Below, piece by piece: positions 7,388-15,598 of a DNA stretch of 15,598 nt. Origin of the DNA: Oligoflexus sp. (GTDB lineage Bacteria > Bdellovibrionota_B > Oligoflexia > Oligoflexales > Oligoflexaceae); assembly GCA_041736305.1 (NCBI GenBank), contig JBGSTX010000338.1, forward strand, positions 1-15,598. The letters run 5' to 3'. The position numbers and the translations under genes are program-made. The notes below the pieces were generated by a model, which was not told the DNA's origin, searched no databases, and saw nothing but the letters and a program-made list of their open reading frames with translations. How positions within the stretch are numbered: position 1 is the first letter of the stretch; the number at the start of each line of letters is the position of its first letter.

Positions 7388-8017
7388 CTAATGTTCTCTA
7401 GCGCGAATGGCCGTTTGTACGATCGATGCCAGGTAACTCACGGATCTCTCGTTGAACTGGTGCCAAGGGATAATGAAGTCGGCGCTCTTCTGGGTTGGTT
7501 CGATATAACGTTCATACATCATTTTCACAGACCCAAGATATTGCTCTCGACACTTCTCGAAACTGCGGCCTCTCTGTTCCATATCGCGACCTACTCGCCT
7601 CAGAACCCGAATATCATTATCTACCGAGAGGAAGATTTTCAGATCGAAAAGTCGGACCAGTTCAGGGTAATAAAGCGAGAAGATTCCATCGACGATGATA
7701 ATAGAGCTAGGTACCAGCCGTTCCGTGAGCCCGGTGCGGGTATGGGTGGCAAAGTCATAGCAGGGACGTTCTACGGGGACCCCATTCCGCAGCAAGCTCA
7801 CTTGCTCGTGCAGGAGGTCACGTTCAATGGCCTCTGGATCATCAAAGTTTTGCTTGGCGCGTTCAGCGGGAGAGAGATGCGATAGGTCCCGGTAGTAGTC
7901 ATCAAGGCTGATAACGAGGGGTCTTTGCGTTTCGAGCTGGTTCCAGAGGTTTTTCACGAAAGTTGTTTTACCAGCTCCAGAACCTCCGGACACGGCAATC
8001 ATGAATGGTGACGGCAT
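7388..8017 (-). CDS. udk: Uridine (uridine/cytidine) kinase
   Basis: P-loop GGSGAGKTT, SLDDYYRD, NFDDPEA, YDFATHTR, IIIVDGI, RRVGRDMEQRGR, YIEPTQKSADFIIP; AGGAGGT RBS at 8030-8024. Confidence 0.96.
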   Translation of the reverse strand: MPSPFMIAVSGGSGAGKTTFVKNLWNQLETQRPLVISLDDYYRDLSHLSPAERAKQNFDDPEAIERDLLHEQVSLLRNGVPVERPCYDFATHTRTGLTERLVPSSIIIVDGIFSLYYPELVRLFDLKIFLSVDNDIRVLRRVGRDMEQRGRSFEKCREQYLGSVKMMYERYIEPTQKSADFIIPWHQFNERSVSYLASIVQTAIRAREH

Positions 8018-8037
8018 GTCCTTACCTCCTGAGGCGC

Positions 8038-8066
8038 AATCTAATCAACTTAGCTCTTCTTGACAA
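8038..8066 (-). promoter_or_regulatory. Sigma70-type promoter of udk
   Basis: Minus strand TTGTCA (8066-8061), 17-nt spacer, TAGATT (8043-8038), just upstream of the AGGAGGT RBS. Confidence 0.65.
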
Positions 8067-8120
8067 TCACAAGTTGACGATGGCGTGCCTTGGAAATAAT
8101 AACAAGATCATTTCAGAAAC

Positions 8121-9443
8121 TTAGCCCTTTGGAACTATCTCCGCTAGCTTGAGATGACTAGCTCTCCACGCGGCGAGGATAGTCGCAAAGAGCGTCATAG
8201 CCATAACAAAGCAAGAGATCCATGTGAAATCACTCTCTTGCAAAATCACTCGAAACGGTACCCCTTCAGTCAGAAAACCTGCATCGTATATGAGACCGAG
8301 ACGATTGCAAAAGGCCGCAGCCAGGTACGAAGCCAAGAGGCCGCAGACACTGCCTACGAGCGAAAGGAAAGCAGCTTCCCAACAGAAAATCGCGAGGATG
8401 TGCCGGGGTTGGTAGCCTATGCTGCGTAAGGTACCGATTTCAGGCAAGCGCTCGTGAACGATGCGGACGAAGTTGTTGAGAATAGCCATGATTACGACGG
8501 TGACAATGATACTGATGACCATGAGGCGAAAAATTTCTAAAAAATCCAGGCTTCGTCGGTAGAGTTCGCCAAAGGTCTGGTGTTCCCGCCAAAGCTTGGC
8601 TTCGACTGGCATTTGGCTCGCGACTGCCGCGGCCTGGAACTCCCGCAGCCAGCGTTTTGCATCGATGCCAGGCTTGAGACGGACGCTATAGTAGGAAACG
8701 AGTTTAGTATCGAAGAGCTCCTGCGCAGTTAAGAGTGGCAGCATGACGACGTAGGTGTCGATTTCAGCAAAACCCGTGGTAATGAGACCCGCGACGTCAA
8801 AATCCATGCTGTTGGATTGGCCCTTTTCTGTCGTAACCTGGAGCTGAATGCTAGGATTTTCACAGTGGAAGGGGCGAATCTTGGGCTCATAGCCGAGAGC
8901 GCCATTGCTCGGGCTTTCAAGACTCTTACAAGCGAGTATCTCAGCCAAACCGCGGCCTAAGAGAATTCCGTTCGGCGAACTCCGCTCGAGGGTCTCACCG
9001 GCAAAAGTATTCCAGCTGAAGATTGGCTGCCGCATGACCGCGCCTTCGGCCGGGTCAAAAGCCAAGCCGATGAAGACGTCATTAGGTTTGCCGCTGGTGA
9101 TAAAGCCGTTTACGTTGAGAAAGCGAACTCTGTTATCGACCGTCTGGCTCGGGCCGACTCTTTCCTTGTCGAGATATGCGTCGACCCAAGCCTGCTCCTC
9201 TGGACCTAGGGAGCCCTCGTCCAACCCAGACTTTCCTGGGTGAGAAATATCGCGCTTTTCTATCAGCAAAGTGCCGAGCATCTGCCTCTGGGCGAAAGTC
9301 ACCTCATAAAGTTGCTTCACATCGTGAATGTAACCCTCGAATAAGCTCAAGGCGACAAAAGCCATGACGATAGCGAGCAGGGCACTTAAACTCTTTTTCT
9401 TATGCAGGAAGAGATTACGCCAAGCTATTTTGAGGAGCATCAT
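8121..9443 (-). CDS. ABC transporter permease, FtsX/LolE/MacB-type (type VII)
   Basis: KIAWRNL N-terminal helix, TM1, large periplasmic domain, then VHERLPEIGTLRSIGY coupling motif and three further TM segments. Confidence 0.92.
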   Translation of the reverse strand: MMLLKIAWRNLFLHKKKSLSALLAIVMAFVALSLFEGYIHDVKQLYEVTFAQRQMLGTLLIEKRDISHPGKSGLDEGSLGPEEQAWVDAYLDKERVGPSQTVDNRVRFLNVNGFITSGKPNDVFIGLAFDPAEGAVMRQPIFSWNTFAGETLERSSPNGILLGRGLAEILACKSLESPSNGALGYEPKIRPFHCENPSIQLQVTTEKGQSNSMDFDVAGLITTGFAEIDTYVVMLPLLTAQELFDTKLVSYYSVRLKPGIDAKRWLREFQAAAVASQMPVEAKLWREHQTFGELYRRSLDFLEIFRLMVISIIVTVVIMAILNNFVRIVHERLPEIGTLRSIGYQPRHILAIFCWEAAFLSLVGSVCGLLASYLAAAFCNRLGLIYDAGFLTEGVPFRVILQESDFTWISCFVMAMTLFATILAAWRASHLKLAEIVPKG

Positions 9444-9449
9444 TCTCTC

Positions 9450-10205
9450 TTACCGCAGGAGATTGTTGACGTTGAAGAGGCTATCAGGAATCGCTGCTTG
9501 AGCCGGAGACGAGTAAACCAGCACGCTGGCATTGGCTGGATTCTGTGCATCGTTGATCTTCATTTCCGATATGAATTCAACCTCACTGCCTTTGACTTTT
9601 ACTTTGTTGAGGTAGGCGAAATTCGCCGACTTCATGGCTTTGCCCTGGCGATTCAGGAACTCAGCTTTGATTCCCAGACGCTTTTTCTTACTGATCCAGT
9701 AGCGAATTCCGTCATAAGTGCTGCTTGCGCCAATGGCTTTGAGATCGAGCCGCCAACAGTCTTCACCGTTAACGGCTTCAGAGCCAGAGATTTTGCCACT
9801 ATAGTCGCGGGCATAATTGGTGGTCGCGATATCACCGTTGGCGGCCTGACCGGAGAGTTTTTGCCTCGCCGAAATAGCCAAGGGTTTGCGCAGACCGGGT
9901 TTGAAGTACCAGATCGTCCTATCATTGAAGAGGAAAACCTCACCCTTATTTCGTGCCGGCGCCAAGGCCGAAACGTGAGCGTTGTTGCCTTTTGCCTTTA
10001 CTTCATAACTCGTTGAGCTGCTCTCGCCATCTTCGCTACTGCTAATACTGACCTGCCAGCTGTATCCCTCGTCGCCGCCCCCTCGGGCTCGATCGGCGTC
10101 CTCAAGGAGCTTCTTCGGATCCTCCTCAGCCGCAAAAACGCCTGGCGCGGAGAGACAGATGCTGCTCAAAAAAAGGCTGAAGAAAAGAGAGGCCTGCATA
10201 TTCAC
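9450..10205 (-). CDS. LolA-like periplasmic protein ('outer membrane lipoprotein-sorting protein' family)
   Basis: Signal peptide ending GVFA; LLEDADRARG, LAPARNKGEVFL..DRTIWYFKPGLRKPLAIS..QKLSGQAANGDIA, CWRLDLKA...TYDGIRYWISK, IPDSLFNVNNL. GTG start overlaps the upstream TGA (GTGA); ATG 10199 is an alternative. Confidence 0.88.
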   Translation of the reverse strand: MNMQASLFFSLFLSSICLSAPGVFAAEEDPKKLLEDADRARGGGDEGYSWQVSISSSEDGESSSTSYEVKAKGNNAHVSALAPARNKGEVFLFNDRTIWYFKPGLRKPLAISARQKLSGQAANGDIATTNYARDYSGKISGSEAVNGEDCWRLDLKAIGASSTYDGIRYWISKKKRLGIKAEFLNRQGKAMKSANFAYLNKVKVKGSEVEFISEMKINDAQNPANASVLVYSSPAQAAIPDSLFNVNNLLR

Positions 10206-11560
10206 CCTTTGTTCTGTGTAAGGAGCTCGAGACAGGACCGCTTAGCCATGACGAAGCTGGTAGTGCCGCTAGCAATCAGGACGAGCAGAGAAATGGCCGT
10301 GGACACCTGCACAATGTTACTAGGGTTAGGCACCAAGAGGAAACCTACGCTGCCTGCAAATCCTGGGGGATTGAAGCGGATGTCTGTGCTATTGATCACT
10401 TGGCAGAGCGCTTCTGCGACCCCAATTCCAATAAGACAGCCAAGAAACGCGATAACTGCTGCTTCGGCCAGGAAAATCTGTACGATTGGCCAACGTTGAA
10501 ATCCGAGGGCTTTGAGCATTCCCATCTCTTTACTGCGCTCCAAGACGTTCATCATAGTCAGATTGATTACGCAAAGCGCGACGATGCTTGCAATAAGAAG
10601 ACCGCAGAACACACCCATGGCCTTTATAAAACTCATGATTCCCACATAGAATGGACTGATGCGCTTCTCATCCCAAGGGTATATATCAAGTTCGAGCCCC
10701 AATTTTTTAAGGCGTTCGTTAAATTCAGGTGCCAGCTCACGCGCGCGACTGTGATCCTTTAGATAGACCGCCAAGTAGGTAGCCCTATCAGTCTGATAGA
10801 GATCCTGAACCAGCGAAAGGGGAGCGGTTAGACGAGTATCCTCGTCGATAGTAGTACCCGTGCTGAATATATGGGCGACGTCGGCATCGACCGCACCGAA
10901 GTGTCCATCAAAGGTCAAACCCATCAGCTGTATATTAGGGTCTGCAGCTATACGATCTTTCGCGTCTGGCCCTTGGCAATAGGCCTTAAGATCGGTCAGC
11001 GGTTCGATATCGACCTTATCGCTCAGCACGTTAGCCTTACCTAGGAGACTAGCGAGCCCGACAGCGAGCCCGACGACTTGGGGGGTTTCATGCTTGGCGA
11101 AAGCCTCTCCTCGACGGTAAACGAGGAGGTCTTTACACCACCTTTGGACCTCGGGTTTAGCGCGAAATTTTTGATCGAGCTGAGGGTCATAGCCGATCAC
11201 TTCAAAGGGTTCAGAACTGCAACCATTGCTGGCTAGACCCGTCATCCTTAAAAAAGGGCTGAGCTCTTCGACAGCTGGATCGTGGCCCAATTCCTCGCGA
11301 ATGATCTTTTGCTCTGAGGCGCTGAGAGTGAATTTCTTCGGCAGGCTTCGGCTTTGTAAGAGCCCACCTTTTTTGTATATGATCACACTTCCGGTTCCGC
11401 GTAGATAGATAGCATCGTTCTTCAGCGTATTTTCCCAGCGATTCGTATAGCCGCCCAGGCAAACGAGACTAGCGCATCCGACAGCCACGGCAATCAGCGT
11501 ATAGATATTGCGGGACTTCTGCCGCCAGAAATTGCGTAGACCCATCTTTGCATATATCAT
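10202..11560 (-). CDS. ABC transporter permease, FtsX/LolE/MacB-type (type VII)
   Basis: KMGLRNFWRQKSR, TM1, large periplasmic loop, NVLERSKEMGMLKALGF motif and C-terminal TMs; ATGA overlap with the ATPase stop. Confidence 0.93.
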   Translation of the reverse strand: MIYAKMGLRNFWRQKSRNIYTLIAVAVGCASLVCLGGYTNRWENTLKNDAIYLRGTGSVIIYKKGGLLQSRSLPKKFTLSASEQKIIREELGHDPAVEELSPFLRMTGLASNGCSSEPFEVIGYDPQLDQKFRAKPEVQRWCKDLLVYRRGEAFAKHETPQVVGLAVGLASLLGKANVLSDKVDIEPLTDLKAYCQGPDAKDRIAADPNIQLMGLTFDGHFGAVDADVAHIFSTGTTIDEDTRLTAPLSLVQDLYQTDRATYLAVYLKDHSRARELAPEFNERLKKLGLELDIYPWDEKRISPFYVGIMSFIKAMGVFCGLLIASIVALCVINLTMMNVLERSKEMGMLKALGFQRWPIVQIFLAEAAVIAFLGCLIGIGVAEALCQVINSTDIRFNPPGFAGSVGFLLVPNPSNIVQVSTAISLLVLIASGTTSFVMAKRSCLELLTQNKG

Positions 11561-12255
11561 TCTTCGATCCGTCCATCACGAATGCGAACGACCCTTTGCA
11601 CGCGACGAATAAGCTTTTCATCGTGGGTAGAAAAGAAGAACGTGACCTGACGCTTCGCGTTCAGTTCCAGCATCATTTCAACTATCTGTTGAGTCGTCTC
11701 CGAATCAAGGTTGGCTGTAGGTTCATCGGCTAAGACCAGCACAGGGTCGGTGACGAGAGCACGTGCGATGGCTACCCGTTGCCGTTGGCCGCCGGAGAGG
11801 CGATCCGGATGGCTATGCATCTGCGCCTGCAGACCCACATCCTTGATGATATCGACCACGCGCTGGTGCCGCTCCTTAAATGGAATGAGCTTATTGATGA
11901 GCAAGGGCATCATCACGTTTTCGTAGACGCTGAGCACCGGGATAAGATTGAAGCTCTGGAAGATGAAACCAAGCTTTTCATTTCTGAAGCGGGATTTTTG
12001 CACTTCATTCATGCCGAGAATATTCACGCCATCGATCTGCACCTGGCCCGAGTCGGGAGTGTCGATACAGCCAAGCATGTTGAGGAGCGTGCTCTTTCCC
12101 GATCCTGAAGCACCCAAAACGGCTGTGAACTCACCTTTTCGAAGTATGAGATCGATTCCTCGCAAGGCCTCTACTCGCGTCTCCCCGAGCAGATAGGTCT
12201 TCTTGAGACTATTCAAAGCGACGAATACTTCGCGCTCGGCTTTATTTTCTACCAA
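11557..12255 (-). CDS. ABC transporter ATP-binding protein, LolD/MacB family
   Basis: Walker [10 protein letters not shown]-loop [11 protein letters not shown], signature LSGGQ, Walker [10 protein letters not shown], switch STHD; TTG start overlapping the upstream stop (start slightly uncertain). Confidence 0.96.
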   Translation of the reverse strand: MVENKAEREVFVALNSLKKTYLLGETRVEALRGIDLILRKGEFTAVLGASGSGKSTLLNMLGCIDTPDSGQVQIDGVNILGMNEVQKSRFRNEKLGFIFQSFNLIPVLSVYENVMMPLLINKLIPFKERHQRVVDIIKDVGLQAQMHSHPDRLSGGQRQRVAIARALVTDPVLVLADEPTANLDSETTQQIVEMMLELNAKRQVTFFFSTHDEKLIRRVQRVVRIRDGRIEE

Positions 12256-13565
12256 GTCCAGGATCCCCCTCCGTAGACAAGGCTGCTATAGCCTTGTGAT
12301 AGCTCACCTGTAGTTCTTCCCTCGTTGACCTGCACGCCTAAATTCAGCACGATGTGATCATTCCACGATGTATCAATATTGGCAATGGCACTGCGACTCT
12401 CATCCGAGCTGGAACGGATACCGCGAAGAGAGAACCTGCTTGGCTTATTCCCTCCCCACTCCGCTGTCCGGAAAGATGCATAGACGAAATCACGACCAGG
12501 CAGGAGACTACCAGGCTTGGTAAAAAGTTCGACATTTCTTGCGCTCGTCTCAGACGCGAGAGCAAAAAAGCCTAAGCTACGTTCATCTCGCGTCCACGCG
12601 CTCTCATCATGGAAAAATTCCAGCCTGAGATCACTACCGTTTTCCGCCACGTAGCGGCCGCCGATAATAGCAGTGGTGTAGCGGGCCCCGGCCCGGCTGC
12701 CTGGGCGGCCTAGAACGAAGCCTTCATCGGCAGGGCTCAACGAGGGATACCAGATATCTGGCCGGTGTAAGAGCAGATCGCCGTAGAAGCTGAGGCCAGG
12801 CAGAGCTTCAAAATTACCATAGAATCCGAGCGAAGCTGCTTCGTAGCTGGCAGCCGCTAATATGAGACCGAGGTAATCGGTTTGTGTCGCATCCGAGTAC
12901 TCGGCCTTTACTAAAGCTCGTCTCTGGAAAGTTTCTTCGAAGGCCGGCCGATCCTCGCCATTGGCCGCTGGCTCGACGAGCACCACGAGACTTGTCTGAC
13001 CGTCCGGAGAATAGTTGGCCCGCAAGAGGAATTTTCCGCGCGTCTCAAAGAAGCCCAGCTTATCGAGGCCGAGGTCGCGAAAGATGGGATTAGATGGGCT
13101 GGCTAGTTCTGCAGGCCCCCACTGATAGTTTTGTAGTCCCACGACTGCCTGCCACCCATCAGCGAAGGCGGAAGCCACATAGGCTTCAGAGACGAAGGTG
13201 CGCGAGCTAGATTCGACCCTCTTATAGACCTCTGTTCGCCGGGTTCGCCTTTGCTCTTCAAATTCGAAGCGGGGTCTCAAGATCAGGGTGAGATCCGAAC
13301 CCTCGGCCCGCGAGAGTTTGATTTCGGGCCGGACAGCAAGTTGCCACAGGTGTTGAGGAAGTTGGTAGACCTGATTGTCGGGATTGGTCCATTCGCTTCT
13401 GACCTTAGCACTTCGAGCTTGCGCGATTATGGATGAGCTGGCGTCGAAGCTCCAAAGACTCCCCTCCTGGGCTAATACCGGAGCAGATGCGAGAAGACTG
13501 AATAGGTAAAGGAAGACCTGCGCTGAAGAGCGATGGCTGCCGCCATTATCTCCGCCGTGTTGCAT
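12249..13565 (-). CDS. Secreted hypothetical protein, predicted outer-membrane beta-barrel
   Basis: Signal peptide ending PVLA-QE; alternating amphipathic strands (LTLILRPRFEFE, VSEAYVAS, WQAVVGLQNYQWG, LSFYGDLLL, IIGGRY, LRLEFFH, IVLNLGVQV); C-terminus YGGGSWTW ends in an aromatic residue as expected for BAM substrates. Confidence 0.75.
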   Translation of the reverse strand: MQHGGDNGGSHRSSAQVFLYLFSLLASAPVLAQEGSLWSFDASSSIIAQARSAKVRSEWTNPDNQVYQLPQHLWQLAVRPEIKLSRAEGSDLTLILRPRFEFEEQRRTRRTEVYKRVESSSRTFVSEAYVASAFADGWQAVVGLQNYQWGPAELASPSNPIFRDLGLDKLGFFETRGKFLLRANYSPDGQTSLVVLVEPAANGEDRPAFEETFQRRALVKAEYSDATQTDYLGLILAAASYEAASLGFYGNFEALPGLSFYGDLLLHRPDIWYPSLSPADEGFVLGRPGSRAGARYTTAIIGGRYVAENGSDLRLEFFHDESAWTRDERSLGFFALASETSARNVELFTKPGSLLPGRDFVYASFRTAEWGGNKPSRFSLRGIRSSSDESRSAIANIDTSWNDHIVLNLGVQVNEGRTTGELSQGYSSLVYGGGSWTW

Positions 13566-13612
13566 GAAACCTCAGCATAGTGGCTTTCGCTTCGAAAAGG
13601 GCGACAGCCCCT

Positions 13613-13641
13613 ATAATACATATTGAGTGGGCTGCCCGCAA
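13613..13641 (-). promoter_or_regulatory. Candidate sigma70 promoter of the barrel/ABC/LolA-like operon
   Basis: Minus strand TTGCGG (13641-13636), 17-nt spacer, TATTAT (13618-13613); GAGGT a few nt before ATG 13565. Confidence 0.55.
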
Positions 13642-13691
13642 TGCTAGCTGCTGTGTGAACGACAATGCCTGCAAAAGTGGCAGTTCCTACC

Positions 13692-15598
13692 CTAGGAATC
13701 TACTGTGAAGAGACGCTTCATTTTCGCCAAACTCCAGACTCTGAAGCGGTCTATAAAGGAGTAAGCGGCTGGTATTACCACCAACGTCAGTACGGTCGAA
13801 GATATCAGTCCTCCGATCACAGCCACCCCCATCGAGGTGCGCTGGGCAGATGCTTCATTCAAACCAATCGCTATCGGCAGCATCCCGGCAATGAGGGCAA
13901 ACGTGGTCATTAAAATAGGGCGAAGGCGAGTCTTACCAGCCAGCAGCATCGCTTCTGCCCGGTCCATTCCTTCGCCAACTTTCTGATTGGCGAAATCGAC
14001 GAGCAAAATGGAGTTTTTGATTGCCACTCCCAGTAAGAGAATGCAGCCGATCATCGAGTAGAGATCGAGGGACTTTTGCGTCATGAAAAGAGCCGCAAAT
14101 GCGCCACAGATGGCGAGGGGCAAGACCAGCATAATCGTAAATGGAGTTACAAAAGACTCGTAGAGACTGGAGAGCACCAGATAGATGAAAATTACAGCAA
14201 GCAAGAGGGCGATCACCATATTCTCCATCATCTCTGCAAAACTCTCGGCTTGACCCACGAAGGTGTAAGAAACTCCTGGGGGTAGCTGCATATCTTGGGT
14301 CAGAATGCGCTTCGTATCTGCCATAGCTTGAGCCATCCCACCTCCGTTAGGAGAGAGGTCGGCATTGACTTGGATATAGCGGGAACGGTTCTGCCGATTG
14401 ATCGACGAGGGACCTACGGCGTCCTCGAAACGAGCGAAATCCTTTAACCTTACATTCACCCCGTTCATGTTGGGTACGTAAATGGAAGCCCACTCCTTCC
14501 TGAGATTACGCTGCTTCTCCTCCACCCGAAGGCGAATATCATACTCTTCACCTTTATCGCGGAATACTGCGGGGGTGATGCCTTCCACCTGTCCTCGAAG
14601 CTCAGAGCCAACGGAGTTCACCAGCACCCCCAGACGTTCCGCTCGGGCTTGATCAACCTGGATCTGAACCTCGGGCTTTCCAGGTCTGAAATTGAGGTCG
14701 ACGTCTTTGAGCGCTGAGTTGCTCTCGAGTCCTCGCTTAAGATTTGCGGCGACCTTCTCAATCTGGTCGAGATCTGCCCCTACTATATTGACCGCAAAAG
14801 GCCGCATGCCGGCAGCAACCATATCGATTTCTTTGACGATAGGATGGGCGCTGGCGAAGCTTTTAAGCTTGATCCGTAGCGCTTCTTTGAACTCGGAAGT
14901 GTTGATGTTACGATCTTTACGCGGCACCAGTTCGACGAAAAACTCCGCCCAGTTCGGCTCGCCCTCTCGACCGACGGTCAAAGCCGTGTGGTGAACCTCT
15001 CCGAAACTGCGCACCTCCTCGTCGACCTTGAGCGCGAGTTCAGCCATTGCATCGAGACTCGTGCCCGGCGGCTGATCGAGAGAAATGGCGAACTCGCCGA
15101 AATCTTGCGGTGGTAAAAAGGTTTTCGGAACAAATTTTACCAGCCATAAGCAGCCGACAAAGATCAGAAACGCTCCCCCCATGAAGAGCAAGGGCCAACG
15201 CAGAACCCGATGTAGAATCCACACATAGAGGAGTTCGCAACGATCCTGGGCGCTGTTAAAGAAGCGCAGAATGGCACCAAGAGTGTAGTAATGCAGCCCC
15301 TTTTTTGGGCTGCTATGAACTCGACCAGCCAGGTAAGCTGAAAGCATAGGGGCTACCGTCAGCGCATCGAAGAGGGAAATCAGCATGGCGAAGCAAATCG
15401 TCAGGCCGAATTCCTTGAAGAACTGGCCGACGATGCCTTGCAGGAAAGCAATAGGAGCAAAAACGGCTATAACAGCAAGCGTCGTGGCGACGACGGCTAG
15501 GGTCACCTCACGGGTCCCCTCTTCGGCTGCTTCGCGAGGAGTTCTTCCCATTTCAATATAGCGAAATATATTTTCCCTCACCACGATCGCATCGTCGA
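13692..15598 (-). CDS. AcrB/AcrD/AcrF-family RND efflux permease (5' part outside the window)
   Basis: The frame is open to the window edge and reads DDAIVVRENI (TM4 acidic pair); also KNSILLVDF, RLRPILMT, GGLISST, LSSLYES. The track's start at 15584 is an internal Val. Confidence 0.96.
   Translation of the reverse strand, partial: DDAIVVRENIFRYIEMGRTPREAAEEGTREVTLAVVATTLAVIAVFAPIAFLQGIVGQFFKEFGLTICFAMLISLFDALTVAPMLSAYLAGRVHSSPKKGLHYYTLGAILRFFNSAQDRCELLYVWILHRVLRWPLLFMGGAFLIFVGCLWLVKFVPKTFLPPQDFGEFAISLDQPPGTSLDAMAELALKVDEEVRSFGEVHHTALTVGREGEPNWAEFFVELVPRKDRNINTSEFKEALRIKLKSFASAHPIVKEIDMVAAGMRPFAVNIVGADLDQIEKVAANLKRGLESNSALKDVDLNFRPGKPEVQIQVDQARAERLGVLVNSVGSELRGQVEGITPAVFRDKGEEYDIRLRVEEKQRNLRKEWASIYVPNMNGVNVRLKDFARFEDAVGPSSINRQNRSRYIQVNADLSPNGGGMAQAMADTKRILTQDMQLPPGVSYTFVGQAESFAEMMENMVIALLLAVIFIYLVLSSLYESFVTPFTIMLVLPLAICGAFAALFMTQKSLDLYSMIGCILLLGVAIKNSILLVDFANQKVGEGMDRAEAMLLAGKTRLRPILMTTFALIAGMLPIAIGLNEASAQRTSMGVAVIGGLISSTVLTLVVIPAAYSFIDRFRVWSLAKMKRLFTVDS

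Noticed and set aside
7391-7885. 164-aa plus-strand ORF and the other short track ORFs
   Set aside because: They overlap confidently assigned genes in other frames or strands and show no independent evidence.
7388-8017. udk as part of the ABC cassette or as an unusual kinase
   Set aside because: It has its own promoter, RBS and terminator, and canonical motifs including the His in YDFxxHxR associated with uridine use.
9402-10016. 204-aa plus-strand ORF
   Set aside because: Antisense to the well-supported LolA-like gene; no motifs.
11051-11074. Perfect 12-bp tandem duplication AGCGAGCCCGAC x2 (VGLA-VGLA)
   Set aside because: Only two copies, in frame, and the segment aligns without a gap to the paralogous permease (ILLGRGLAEIL); no sign of a contingency locus.
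13692-15598. RND pump as a partner of the barrel/LolA-like cassette
   Set aside because: It has ordinary AcrB-type motifs, its usual adaptor and TolC genes would lie outside the window, and a hairpin plus candidate promoter separate it from the cassette.

Overview
Gene-dense bacterial window of envelope-related genes; the mix of genes suggests a Gram-negative Bdellovibrionota/Oligoflexia- or Myxococcota-like organism (inference only). In order: a secreted SpoIID/LytB-domain lytic transglycosylase (-), divergent from a short AraC-family regulator (+); a tatT-dctP(tatP)-SRPBCC operon with no TRAP membrane subunits (+); a convergent 727-aa CglB-like VWA lipoprotein with six tandem ~58-aa beta modules (-); uridine kinase (-); a tightly coupled five-gene cassette of predicted outer-membrane beta-barrel, LolD/MacB-type ATPase, FtsX/LolE-type permease, LolA-like carrier and second permease (-); and the 3' part of an AcrB-type RND pump (-). 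No mobile elements, CRISPR arrays, tRNAs or rRNAs were seen. Best candidates for undescribed biology: the Lol-like cassette with a barrel and no LolB/MacA/TolC, the repeat-bearing VWA lipoprotein and its GGA-hairpin leader, the TPAT pair lacking membrane subunits, and a two-state RNA structure upstream of the SpoIID-like gene. All family calls come from reading motifs by eye, not from database searches.
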